Of a stretch of DNA of 64,000 bases, positions 12,288-26,299 are shown piece after piece. Numbering within the stretch: the stretch's first letter is position 1; each line of letters begins with the position of its first letter. The position numbers and the translations under genes were made by a program. This DNA is from the human T2T-CHM13v2.0 reference genome, Homo sapiens. The notes below the pieces were generated by a model that did not search any database, was not told the DNA's origin, and worked only from the letters and a program-made list of their open reading frames with translations. The stretch lies in assembly GCF_009914755.1 (NCBI RefSeq), contig NC_060927.1. The stretch is one strand, 5' to 3'.

Positions 12288-15051
12288 AGTTGCAAAATTG
12301 GAACTAAAATTCACATACATATAATCCAATTTACTATTCTGTAAATCCTTCTTCATAGTACAACAGTTAATTTAGAAAATCAAATTAAGAAAAACAATAC
12401 GTATAATATTTTTCTGGAAGCACCTATAAATGTGCAGAGGTGTTACTAATATTATTTTAATAATACATAGATAATACATTTGATCTAGTGAAAACTTTAT
12501 TGTTCTGAAATATTCTAAGAAACTTTATAATTCTTCTTCATCAAATTCAGCAGATGTATATTATACATTATTTACTATACATCCCCATTCCAACCTTTTT
12601 GGAAACTTGTTTTTAATCTGAGAAGACAGTTATTGAGATTAGTTATTTTAATGGCTTTTCCTAAACATCTAGTTTTAGTGATTATTTGACCAAGTCTTAA
12701 AACAAGATAAACAATCCCTATTTTGATGCTTTTGAAATTCCTGTTCTTAGACTTCTTCATCATTCCTACCAGTCTAGTAACTTTCTCTTCTATCCCCATT
12801 CTGGCCCTGAAAGCCTCATCTCATCAGAAGTGCTAAGTGATACATCGGTCAGTGTGGAGGTGTAATTGCTTTGTCTTCCATAAACTACTTTGCTAAAATC
12901 TATTCAAGGTCAAGGCTGTCACTTTCATCTCTCCGTGCAGTTTGGCTCTAAAATGAAAGTGTTTTGTTTAAATTATATTTGAAGGTTTAGGTGTTCAAAA
13001 ACTAAAGGGAATCACTTCTCAAGTTTAATCTATGAGACACACCAAAAAAGTAACACAAACATAATTGCCTGAGCAGCAGTCAAATTTAAGCCTGCAGAAT
13101 AAAAGCCCTGTGTATTATTTGCATAACTATAACTTAATTTTATTAGAACCATGAACTTTAATACTGTGTCCTTGATTATTCATTCATAATCTATAAGCTG
13201 AGGAACATAATTATGGATATGGAGCTGTTAGTGTATTGCAAATTACTACAAATTTGTAGTAATCTCATCACTGTTTTATTTTAAAACTTTTCCTTGAACT
13301 ACTACTGGCCACAAATCATTGATTTCTTTAACTGGGAAAATGGAAACATCACTATTATAAGACAATGTCAAATAAAAATAATAATTCATCTTTTTGGAAA
13401 CAACCTATCTTAAAATTTAGTAAAGTGAATTTTTTATCCCACTATGTTTGATGAATTTTAGATTTCATTGGGATACTTGTGCAATTGTGTTATAATAGTA
13501 TAAAATAGGGAAAAGATGATGTTTTCACGTTTCCTACACAATTCATTTTTAGTTCTTTGTTTTTCATGCATTTCTAACTTGCTGTTATAAGATGAAATGA
13601 ACACACCATCTAGAAATGCAAGCTGACTTTGCAGCAGGTTCTTTATAGGGACAGAACTTTGGAAGAGTCACCGAATTCCATGGTCTGTCTTCGTTTTGGT
13701 CAGGAGAAAATTTACTATATCAAAAAATTCAGTGAAATAAGGCTCTGAGAAGAACAAATGTATCATTTATCATCAATTCATTCTGTAATTTTTTTGAACT
13801 TTTATTTTGCATTGAACATGTAGTATGATAAGCAACATGGATGACCCATGAAAAGGTTTTCATTGAGAAAAAACACCTGACTTAGAAGGAGAGGTGAGGG
13901 AAGAGGGTATTTAAGAGACGATTTTTAATAGAGTAATCCCACCAGACATAGAAGGTGTTGGTACAATTAAAATGCTGGGGTAGCAGGGTTGGGGGTAAGA
14001 GTAGAGAATCATAGATACATAGATTTTGGATATAGCATATGTATTTTTTTAATTTCTATTTTGAAAAACTATTTTCATACTGTGATATAACAACTCCATG
14101 ACTGATACTTTATTTTTTCTGTAGTTAATTTTCTAAATGTTGATAGTTTTATGACATTTCTCGTAGTTACAATTTTGTCCTCTCTGGAAACCTCAGGAAT
14201 AATACGGCTTTCCTTGATCCTTAAATATGATTTTTATTTGCAAGATACATGTCTTCAAACACAAAGAGGAATTGGATATGCAAAGAAAAAGGAGAGGACA
14301 GCAAAAATATATAAAGAGAGCAGTACACATTTAGTTTGCCTAGAGTAAATCATAAAAGGTAAGCAGTCGTGAAAATAAATATATATTTATCTATGCACTT
14401 ATTGATTGAATATTCAGTATTATTCTATAGATAGAAATAAGTAAATTATATGATATATAGTAGGTCACACTCAAAAGTTTAGAGCCTATTCAGGAAGTGA
14501 TGAGAAACAATTTAAATGAAATGATAAAACGGTACTTAGGCTTTTGAAGATCACTGTGATATAGTATGATGGATGGAAGATTGAGAAAGAAAGGAATGAC
14601 AAGAAGCCATTGGAGAAATCTAGATAATTAACAATGAGAGCTTAAAGAAAGACAGTGGCCAAAGGCATGGTAAAAAGACAATTGTTCCAAGATATTATTT
14701 GGGAAAGTAAAATTGACAGATTTTTTAACCAATTAAGTAAGAAATTTTATTTTAAAGAATGAGAGATACCAAAGAACTGATGCTAGGATTTTAGCTTTGG
14801 TCTCTGGGTGTTTGGTGCAATTTATCAAAGTAAGAAATATAAGGGGTAAGGGTTTTATGGAAAAAAAATAATGTATTCCATTTAAACATGCAGAGTTTTA
14901 AAAAGCTTTGCAATAGCCAAGTGAAGATATGTAATTAACAAGTAGGATTGAGTCTAGGGAGGGAAATTCTTAGCAATTACAGCAAGACTCATAGCACCAA
15001 ATGTTTCAGAGAGGCCAAGTGTGATAACCTGAAAAGTACTTATTTAATTTT

Positions 15052-15336
<285 letters not shown>

Positions 15337-15345
<9 letters not shown>

Positions 15346-15536
15346 AAAAGAAAAAGAAAGAAGGAAGGAAGGAAGGAAAGAAAGAAGGAAGGCAGGAAGG
15401 CAGGAAGGAAGGAAGGGAGGGAGGGAGAGGGAGGGAGGGAAAGAGAGAAAGAGAAAGAAAGAAGGAGAAAGAAAGAAAGAAAGGAAAGAAAAAAGAAAGA
15501 AAGAAAGAAAAAGAAAGAAAAGAAAGAATGAAAGAA
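15337..15536 (+). repeat. Polypurine (GAAA)n/(GGAA)n/(GGGA)n compound repeat
   Basis: About 200 bp of nearly pure A/G, lying inside the Alu TSDs. Confidence 0.95.
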
Positions 15537-16199
15537 ACTTATTTAATTTTTATACAGGGAGTGGTGATGAATTTAGAAAAATCAGTTTTAATGAAGTGAT
15601 TAGATAAAAGTCAGACTGCAGGACTTTAAAAGTCGATGGGACATAAAATATAGAGAAAGTCACTGCATTCTATTATTTTAAGAATGTTGTCTGAGAAGAA
15701 AATGAGAGATATAAAACAGATAGAGGACAACGTAAATTCAGTTAACACTTTCAAAGGATGGCATAAATTAAGCATTTTTAAATGCTGTGAGAATGCTAGG
15801 GAGAAAAAAGAGATGTTGAATATATTGTTTAAAAAAGAGAAGCTGACAAAATAAAGCCACTAAGGGTTCAAGATGTCATGGAATTCCTTTTTTAAAATTC
15901 ATACATTAGCCTTGAACACATGGCATCATTCTGTGTTTAATGAGTCTGAGGAGAGAAGATAAGTTTAGACACCAGTTTGCCAGAAAAGGGGGAAGTACTT
16001 TCAGGGAAAGTGGGAAATTAACAGAGCTTTTACTTGATGACCTGTATTTTCTCTATAAATTAAGAGGGGATTGTTTTCTAAAAAGGATAGAAAATTAGCA
16101 TGGAGGGTACCTTTAAAAAAGTGGTGAAGTTTCTAAATAATGGCTGTGCAAATGAAAAAGAGGGCTTAGTAGGAACTTACCATGTTTCCTGAAAAAGAT

Positions 16200-17210
16200 T
16201 TTCTCATTCATTCCTTGAATAATTATTATCTATTTCTATCAGGTATTATTGTAAACTCTGGGGAAAGAATAAAGAGCAAGATGGATATAGTCAATGTTTT
16301 TATAGGAAGGTGAGAAGATAAGTAATCTTTAAAATATATAGAGTTCTCTGATTTGCTGTACAAGGTCATCATAAAGGACTCTCCTAGGGAAGTGATATTT
16401 GCTAGATATGAGGGACTTGAGTAAGATGTGAAGTTGGGGAGTGGAGAGATGGGGAAGAGGAAGGAGTCTTTCACGGATAGGAAATAGCAAATGCAAAGTT
16501 CCTGAGTGGAACAGAAAGAAAAAAAAAAAGCTTAGCCTGCTCAAAAACCCTGAAAGAGCACCAATAAGGGTAGAATGCCGATTGTCACAAAAATGATATG
16601 AAAATATGTGGTAGTTGAATTAGAACCTGCAGAACTTTAAATAATTTATTTTAAGAATTTGAGTTTTTATCCTAGGAGTGATTAAGGAAGAGGGAAAGAG
16701 AGAGAGGAGAGGTCCTAATTGGTTTTTTAATAAAATAGAAACATAGAATTCTGGCTGCAGGGGAGCAAATGTGTAAGAAATATACCAGAGGGGATGGTGG
16801 GAGAAAGTTTAGGGAGCTACTGAAATAATTCTAGTGAATGCTGATAAGGGTTTAGACTACAATGTCAGAATTATAGACAGAAAGGTACAATGATTAATAT
16901 TAGCATGCAAAATTCACAGTTTTTGTGATTGTTTGACTATATGGATGAAAGAATGAGAAGATATCACAAGCTTCCAGCCAACCAAACTTAATGGTGGGTG
17001 TTGCCATTCAGTGAGATAGGAAACACTGGTGACAGAATTATGAATTTGTTTTGAACATGTTGAGTTCGTTGGGTATTTGATATCTCCAAGTGAAAATTTA
17101 ATATTGAGTGAAGAGTTGGATATACAGATCTGGAACTCAGATCAAATAGTAGTACATATAATTGATCCAAGGCAAGCTTGGGTTCATGCCAGAAGAATAT
17201 ACAAAGAGCA
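16200..17210 (-). mobile_element. L2 LINE 3' portion
   Basis: CATTCATTC-type 3' end at about 16205. Internal motifs include AATAGCAAATGCAAAGTTCCTGAG, TTTTGAACATGTTGAGTT and GAGTTGGATATACAGATCTGGAACTCAG. Confidence 0.75.
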
Positions 17211-18384
17211 GATAACATAGTCCTTAACTGAGGTTAGAAACCACGAACTTGTAGCAGTGCAAATTTACAATGTTTAAATTATTTTTACAGTCCCAGTAGT
17301 CCATATTTTAAATGGATATGAGTGCTTTGATTGAGAAGATATAGGATTATGATTAGGCAAGTACAATGAAAGGAAGAAACCAAGGCTTCTAGAGAGTGAT
17401 GGTCTTTCATCTGTAAAGGGGGATGATGGGCTGGCCAAACACAGATTAATTTAAAAAGATGAGCAGAACATGAAAGGAAATAAGTGCACAGTAAACCAAG
17501 AATTTGTTGCCAGATAAAGGAATACTAGAATTAAAAATTCTGCAGTAGGAAACTAGGTGATCCAGAAAGTGGCCAGATGAGTGGTTAGCCAAATTGCTGT
17601 GAAATTAAGAAAGGTTTTTAAATGATCAAATCATAGCTAAAATTTAATATTAAAGAGAAAAATATACAAATCTGGAGCTATGAATTTGGAAGTCATTGCT
17701 GTATAATTATAGATGTATAGATGTCTCTTTCATTTGGATACTGGAATTTCCCAGGGTCATTATGGGACTTGGTATGGAGGATAAAATTATGAACCTGATA
17801 GCAAAATTGGTCAAGAAAATTGGAAGATTCACCAGTGGATGGGAACAGATGAGTGGATGACAGCATGAGCCACCAAGGAGAGGATGAATATAAAATACTG
17901 ATGGAGCTTAGGTTACTGATTCAATCCAGGGCACTTCCTTCATGATGTCAAAGTAGCTGGGATTATTAATCACTAATTATAGGAACACAGATTCAAAGTA
18001 AGAAGATATATAAATAGATAGGGTGTATTTTATCAAGCCTGCATTTGCCTGGTGAGCTGTCTATACCCTTCCAGATCTTGTACAGTGCAAATGAGGAATC
18101 CTTTGAATCCACGGGATCGATGTTGCTCTTTGTTACAGTTCTGAATTAACATGCAAGGTTATTATTCTTTTGAGTTCCCCTTTCATTTATGCCATTTTGA
18201 CAGTGCCATATATGTTAATATAGTATATTCCCTGAGTAGACAGATGTCCAATTTTATTCTTTCTTAATTACAATCACAATTCTATTGTGCCACCCTAGGG
18301 TGATATAAAAGTCACCTGGATTCAAGTCCAGTTGTGAAAGGCCTCATTCACCAACTTAGAGATTATCCTTCAGAACTGTGTAAT

Positions 18385-18562
18385 TTTTAGTTTCTCTTCA
18401 AGTCTGCACATCAGGCTTACCTGGGAAACTTTCTAAAATTAAATTCCCTAAGTTTAATATTTATGCTACCTCTAGAGATTCTGATACATAGGTCTAAGTT
18501 TGACTCATAGAATCTATGATATTTATAGCTCTTTGGAACAGAAAGTTTTGAAAACTATTGGT
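18385..18562. mobile_element. MER5-like hAT-Charlie remnant
   Basis: CTGCACATCAGGCTTACCTGGGAAACTTT, AGAGATTCTGAT..GGTCT and a terminal AGTTTTGAAAACTATTG. Confidence 0.5.
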
Positions 18563-18836
18563 TCAAAATCGGTTCATAAAAGGTATAATTTTAAATTGTG
18601 TTTCAGTGGTTTTTAATTTTATCACAGAGTTCAGGTGTCCATGAAATTTTATGGATACCTCGTTCTGACCCCTATCTATAACCTATAACTGGTCCTCTAG
18701 TTAGGATTTGTGATGGAATTTATCACTTTGTAAAATTATTCAGTGTGAGAAAACTGAAAAGTTATTTGAAAACAATAGGCTTAAAGCAATGCTATGTATT
18801 ATTTTCTGTTTATCACTCCTCTCCATCTTAACCCAT

Positions 18837-19301
18837 TGTGGAAAGGAAATTCCCCTTCCTCTTCAAGGAGGGAGGAGGTTGTTCATGTTTAGTGAACAAC
18901 TATAGAAAACAGAGATAGTATCCTCCTCCTTAACAGAGACCAGGTTGACTGCTCAGTTTAATAAAGATGATGCTTTACTCTAGAGAAAATGGCAAATGAG
19001 TGCCACGTTTTCTTGCTGTCCATTATAAATACTAGGATTTCTAACTCCCAGGGTTCTTAAGCTGTGAAGAAAACTGACTACGTGTACCTGCAACCACCTG
19101 GCCCATTCCCCATTTTCCCCATGGGACTTGGGCCATAAGGGGAACCAATTCAAACTGATGCTCCTGCTAGTTGCAATAGAGTAATAAATCCTTTTTTCTC
19201 TAATCCAATAACCCCATGTCTTCTGCCAGCATCTATGAAACTGTGGAAGATCAGCTTAACTTGCAAGCTGGGTAAAATCTGACTATTCAAAGTTCTTGAC
19301 A
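18837..19301 (+). mobile_element. ERVL LTR (MER54/MER74 group)
   Basis: The 3' end reads AATAAA..GTCTTCTGCCAGCATCTATGAAACTGTGG..TTGCAAGCTGGGTAAAATCT..AGTTCTTGACA. The 5' boundary is approximate. Confidence 0.65.
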
Positions 19302-19302
19302 C

Positions 19303-19450
19303 GTCTATAAATAAAAATTAAGAAAACCTACCTCATAGAATTGCTGTGACTACAATAATATTGCTGTGAGCGTAATTAATAAATGTAAAGTGTTTAGAAT
19401 AATGCCTATTATATATGGAATAATCTCAAAAAACTTATCTATTAGTATTA
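19303..19450 (+). mobile_element. MIR SINE fragment
   Basis: Core ACCTACCTCATAGAATTGCTGTG..ATGTAAAGTGTTTAGAATAATGCCT. Confidence 0.7.
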
Positions 19451-19587
19451 CCAGTATTCATAACTGAGAAATATATCCACTGTCTGCATCACTCACAGAT
19501 ACAGATCCATGGCATAGACAATAGTCACAGTAAAACTTCATACCTTTAAGAATTCATCCCTACATTAAAGTCTTTGTCACACTAAGT

Positions 19588-19875
19588 TAGAGGCAAACTC
19601 AAATGACTCCTGGGATCAGGTAAGTGAGTGGAAACTGTGCCAAAGTGGAGAGCAAAGATTACTTCAGAAGGGGGTGGCCCAAAGCATTTTCTGCTGATTA
19701 TTACTATGTAGAAAAAATTGCGGACCCAGTGTTGCCAAATTACCAGATTTTAAAAAGGAATTCGTAATATCACAATAGGACTTTTTTAAAGGTTAAATAT
19801 ACTTTCATAGGTACTTGGAGCCAATGGCTCCAAATAAAGTCTGGGCCACATGCAGACCATGGATCCTTTGCTCTA
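19588..19875. mobile_element. hAT-Charlie remnant (MER102-like)
   Basis: GCAAACTCAAATG.., GTGTTGCCAAATTACCAGATTTT and GGGCCACATGCAGACCATGG resemble recalled MER102 motifs. Confidence 0.4.
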
Positions 19876-21075
19876 TTAAGAAAGATAAGGAGTATTGATA
19901 TTCTTTTATAACTCTACCACTGAGAAAGGAAGATAGTGGTTGCTGCATGAGGGATTGATGGAGGAGAATGATCTTGTTAAAAACAAAACAAAACAAAAAA
20001 CGAAGAGTTTCCTTATACCTTTATTTTTTAATGCCAAAGTAAATAACATTCCAGTTACAATAGCATAAGAGTTACACATTGTTATCTTTGAGGTACTTGT
20101 GTTTAGTCACCGCAAACACTAAAATCTGAGATTAATGGCATCATTGGAAGGGATTTGGTGCAATCTAATGTTAAAACCCTGAACTATCACAGGATAGTAG
20201 CTCATGTCAGGTTCAACACATGTCACTATGTCTTTGTCAAAATTTTAAAAGATCCTGTCATTTTTGTGAGGTTACTGTGATGCCGTGGGGTGCCTCAGCT
20301 CACAGTGAGGGCGCCAAACTCTGACACCATGCTGTATTCCTGTGTGCACAGAACATAGCATGACAGGATGAATATTACGCCTCATCAAGAATTAAATATT
20401 TAACATTTCCCGGGCTTTTAGTCTTTACATTAATTTTGTCCTATTCATAGGTTGGATCTAGTCCAATGCTTAGCAAAATGATAATAAATATAGAAGAAAA
20501 ATTATCCCTGCTGCTGGCTATTTCTGCAAAGCCACTTAACTTTTCTTCCTGATTCCATTTTTATTTCTTCTCTCCTACTCTCCATAGCAGCATGTGGAAT
20601 GCATAAAATGCAAATCCAAGCAAAACCTATCAATGTCTTGTGACCACCTTTGGACTGAAGTTCAGTGGTAACTTCCTACCTGGGCATTCTGTGCCACACA
20701 GGAATTGCCCTTTACTGACCATGCTATATACACCAGCTTTCCTGGCTCTTGATCTACAGAAGGCCTTTCAGTTTCTCCCTAAAGCCCCTCTCATATCTGG
20801 GCCACATGCTTTACCATGCTGGAACGTTCTTTTCCCTCTCTCTTGTTAATTCCCAGAAAAAGCAAGAGTCATGTCTTGCTCCATTTATTGTTACTGCTTT
20901 TCCCAGCACCACACTCAGAAGAGCACCTGCTGTACTTGTAGATATAAGACTCTGGAGGCAGTTATAAGTGGTTTTCTACTTGTGGCTCTGCTTTTAATAC
21001 ATTATGAATAATGCTTAGTTCAGTACCTAATGTTAAGTTCAGTAAAAAATCATGTAATCTCCAGGAATTATTTTA

Positions 21076-22016
21076 TTTATTTTGTTTTTTAAATAATTTT
21101 GTGGCCGGGCGTGGTGGCTCATGCCTGTAATCCCAACATCTTGGGAGGCCTCGGCAGGTGGATCACTAAGGTTAGGAGTTTGAGACCAGCCTGGCCAAAA
21201 TGGTGAAACCCCATTCCTATTAAAAATACAAAAGTTAGCAGAGAGTGGTGACAGGCGCCTGTAATCTCAGCTACTCAGGAGGCTGAGGCAGGAGAATTGC
21301 TGGAACCCAGGAGGCAGAGATTGCCGTGAGCCGAGATCACACCATTCCACTTTAGCCTGAGCAACAACAGCGAGACTCCGTCTCATATTAAAAAAAAAAA
21401 AAAAGTGAGCATATAATAGGTGTATATATTTATGTGGTGTATGAGATATTTTGATACAGGCATGCAATGTGAAATAAGCATATCATGGGGAATGGGGTAT
21501 CCATTCCCTCAAGCATTTATCTTTTAAGTTACAAACAATTGAATTATACACTTTATTTTAAACTGTACAGTTACTATTGACTATAGTCACACTATTGTGC
21601 TGTCAAATAGTAGGTCTTTGTGCTGTCAAATGGTAGGTCTTATTCTTTCTAACAATTTTTTGTACCCATTAACTACCCTCACCTCCCCCGCAACCCCCCG
21701 ACAGGACCCTTCCCAGCCTCTGGTAGCCATCCTTCTACTCTCTATCTCCATGAGTTCAATTGTTTTGATTTTTAGATTCAACAAATAAGTGAGAACATGC
21801 AGTGTTTATCTTTCATGCCTGGCTTATTTCACTGAACATAATGATCTCCAGTTCCATCCATGTTGTTGCAAATGACTGGATCTCATTAGTTTTTATGGCT
21901 GAATGGTACTCCATTGTGTATATGTACCACATTTTTTAATCCATTCATCTGTTGATGGACATTGAGGTTGCTTCCAAATCTTAGCTATTGTAAACAGTGC
22001 TACAACAAACAAAGGA
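21076..22016 (-). mobile_element. 5'-truncated L1MA (L1MA1-3-like) 3' end
   Basis: Antisense L1 3'UTR motifs: GGTGTATATATTTATG..TTTTGATACAGGCATGCAATG and CCAGTTCCATCCATGTTGTTGCAAATGAC. A perfect 15-bp TSD CCAGGAATTATTTTA lies at 21061-21075 and 22017-22031. Confidence 0.9.
21103..21403 (+). mobile_element. AluS inserted in the tail of the L1MA
   Basis: Complete Alu dimer with poly(A). L1MA sequence resumes directly after it. Confidence 0.96.
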
Positions 22017-22579
22017 CCAGGAATTATTTTACTACCCAATTTTTGCTAATTTTTATAAGCAGTATTTTTTGGAAAATGACCACATTTTCAAGGAATTAAT
22101 ATGGGATGTTCCTCTCTTGAAATGTAGTCTAGAGCTTTAACAGAAAGGTGTCATCCTTGATGACAGAATAGTCAACATGATGGCAGGATCTGGGCAGAGA
22201 GAGTTTAGAAGTACATATGTCTTGGTATTACATGGGCAATCCCTTCTCCACCAACAGATAAGCTGTGTGTGACCTGCTGAATGTGTGGAGCAGCACTCAA
22301 CCTGTTGAAGGCTTTGATTTCTCTCTGTGCTAGAGGGTAATAAATGAAAAGAAGATGAGACTTTGAAACCTCTAAGGCAGGCTTGTCTTTAGTCTGAATT
22401 TTCTTTTTTCTATTAGGAATAAGCTGCCACATGTAACAAGTGAGGACTCCCTAGAGCTTCAGATACCCTTGCCTGGGAACTACTTTGACCTCCTTAGAGA
22501 CATGAGTAGGGTGTTTTGAGGACCATTCTGCTCCACAAATTCCTTTTGTGGCATCTTTCTAGAGCACTGGGTCTTACTA

Positions 22580-22908
<329 letters not shown>

Positions 22909-24926
22909 CAAACCTATTGACTATTGACTTTTCTCCCACCCCCACCCCCTCACCATTATCTCTCTACCACAATCTCCATTCTCCCGAAATTCTTATGTCC
23001 TGGTAACTGCCCAGGAACAGGATGGTCTTTACTATATTCCAGATTTCAGCAATTTAATCACGTTTATGTAAAGTATGCCTCTATTCAAAGCAGATTTGAT
23101 AAGGCTTATTAAAATACATATAGTAAAAATGATTATAACAATAATGGTGATTAAAAAAACAGCAGCCAGTGAAGATGTACTTGGACAGAGAAAAGAAGGA
23201 AAGAAGAAACAATATGACACTGGGGAAAATGTTAATAGGTTGCTTTTAGCACATTCTAATAATCTGTGCACTGATTGTCATGAAACATATAAACTGAACT
23301 TTCCAGCAGCCAAGGTAAATAAATAAATATAGAATTTCACGTGGGGATGGAGGAGCTTGCCAGGTTGTTCTATTGCAATAGCCTGTGAGGTACTAGGTTT
23401 ACCTCTTTTTGCCTAATTCACAGTAATCTTTTGCTAAGCAAATGCCATTTAAAAGACATGAGGACTTTCTTGAAAGGGCAAATAAAAGAGGATTTGGCAG
23501 ATATTAAAGTGCTGTGGCTGGTGATTGGACCTCTCCAGCTTACACACCCTAAAGAGTGCAATACTATCAAGACCAAGGAAATGTTTACATTACTATGGAG
23601 TTTCTGGCTTCTCTACGACTTTCAGTTTTAATGTCCTGTTCAGTAAGTGTGGAAAAAAATAATGAAAGGCCATGGCATTTTTATAACAAACCATAAAGAT
23701 GGTATTTTTATCTTAAATTTCAGATGAGCAATGTCTTGTTCTTCGTTCTATTGAACATTTGCAAATTAATCTCAAACAGATCAAAATACAGCTAAGAGGA
23801 AAATTTTTTAAGTATAGCTTAGAATTTGAAAGCAAATTTTCCTAACATGGCTAACCAGTTCATAATTTGGGAGTTCTAGATTCATGATGTCATGAAATTC
23901 CAGCTAACCACAGCATTCTCAAATATCAAGTGTAAGCTAATTTGACATGTGAAAATCAATTTTTTTTTCCAAAGTTGAGGGTTATTCTAAAGGATAGTAT
24001 TGCAAAATGTAAAACTGAATATCTTTTCTAGTCAAGGAAAATCTTACTTTGTAGACTGGGAATGAAAGACACGTGCAGCCTGTTTATTCCTTCATACCTG
24101 TAGCATAAAATACACTGGCTGCTGTCTTTAGCAGTTACATAACCAAACAAAAGAAAAATAGGACACCAAATCTTTAGGTCATCTATATAGCACATTGACT
24201 ATTATAACCATCTGATTGAAAAGTGTGAAAAAATATAAGTCAGTTTAGAATCATTCTAAATTATGTAATTTGAAAAAATGAAATTTGAACTCTTATCAAA
24301 ACATTTTATGTGCATTTTATTTTGTTTATTTGCATAAATAAAAACACCAAAAATTTTTGATGCGTAATTCAATGCTGAGATGATGTAGAGGAAGGCAATA
24401 CGTAATCTATGCAAACTGAAATGACAATTTCAAAGGATAGCAGAAAATCCAGTCACCAAAGAGGATTTAGAGGGCTAAATTTTAATTTGGAATCTTGACC
24501 TGTGCTAATTAAAAGGCAAAATGAACTATTGAATGCTTTTTTCTAGTTCAAAAACTATTTGGTTATGTATTTGACACAGATGAATTTTTTATAATTTCAT
24601 TAATAAGGTTATCTTCTCTCAAATTATTGAGAAATATGCTTTTAAAATGCTATTAATTTTGACGATTTTTTCCAGTTTTCAATTATATGGATTATCATCT
24701 ATAAAAGTTAAATTAACAAGTATCTTCTCAATGCATTTGATGTAAAATGTTCTTTCTTTTCCCCAAATGTTCTCTTTTTCTATGAGAAAATAAAATTATT
24801 ATAACGATGCAGGGTATTTGGCAGTGTAGCTCTCGCTGAAAATAAACACTAAATAGTATTGACTGCATACTGAAGGCTGAAGAGATTGAAACTTACAAGT
24901 TTAATAAATCCAGACTTGGTGTTATA

Positions 24927-25082
24927 GTGTGTGTGTGTGTGTGTGTATAAATATATATATATGTGTATATAGATATATATATAGATATATATATATAGGT
25001 ATATATATAGGTATATATATGAATATATGTATGAATATATATGTGTATGTGTGTGTGTATATATATATATACATATATATAT
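24927..25082. repeat. Compound (TG)n/(TA)n microsatellite
   Basis: Directly visible dinucleotide arrays. Confidence 0.97.
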
Positions 25083-25604
25083 TCTTTCCAGTATTTAAAC
25101 AATCAAAAGCAAAATGGTATATACGTACCTACAAAGATGACATTACCTATTTGCATGAATTGTAAAAAATATTTGTTTCTCTGGAACCTGATCCTCAATT
25201 ATTTCAGAAATTTAAGGGAGGAAAATCTGTTTGGAAGGCTTTGGAAAATTTATTTCATTGTTTTTTACTATTATTTTAGGAAGAAGATCACTTATTTTTG
25301 GAGTGCCAGCACCCTCTACTTCAGATAGGATACTTTTAAATGAAGCGATGAAATCGTATTTTGTTAAAACTTGAAACAATAGTTATATAACATATTTTGT
25401 AGGTTTTACTATGCTTTGCCATTTTTATCTTATGAACTAGTTGACAATGTAACTATCTAATGACATAAACTGATACTTCTTTCTCAAAACATAAAAGCTT
25501 CTTTCTCCCCCATGGGCTGTTAAAAATTATTATTTTTTTATGGTCACATTAGGATTGTGTAACTAGTTTCTAATGGGATTTCATGTGTATATTCTTGAAC
25601 TTTT

Positions 25605-25770
25605 AAAAATTATTTTTTAATTGACAAATAATATATATTTTAATTTATTTAAAAATTGTGTATATACAACATGATGTTTTGAAGTATATATACATTGAGA
25701 AATGGCTATATCTATCTAATAACAAATGCATTATGTCATATGATTATTTTGGGGGTAACACAACACAATT
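25605..25770 (-). mobile_element. Old L1MA/MB 3'-end fragment
   Basis: TTTTAATTGACAAATAA..TACAACATGATGTTTTGAAGTATATATACATTG..AAATGGCTA. Confidence 0.65.
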
Positions 25771-26299
25771 TTCGATATGTTGTGTTTAGGTAGTACCCTA
25801 AATGACGCCTTTTTTACTTGTTGATTGTCTTGGTGAAATTTGCTGTTCCTTCTAGGCCTACCTGGAAAGTCCGACATTAACTCTGCTCTATTTAATCTTC
25901 TAATCATTTAATTTAAAGTAAATAGCAATGACGAAATAATATTTCATATTGATGACAGTATGAATTACAAAGATAGTTATTTGAAACCACATATGTAATA
26001 TTACATATTGGAAAAACATATAGGGAATTACAATCCTGGACAGGTCAAATAATATTCATCTGAGTAAACTGAAGAATAACAAAAATAAAGTAGATCTGAT
26101 AGATGTACATACAATTCTGCTCTTCAAATAAAAAATATAACTGTTTTTTCCCATGTAGGAGTAAACTTGTTTGTTTGTTTTTAAATCAATATTCTGTTGA
26201 GTAGTAAAGAAATAACAATCAGTAAAAGAAAATGTAAAAGAGTTATGCACACTATTTTGTCTGGCACTAATTTAATAATCCTATAATGATAATAGAAGA

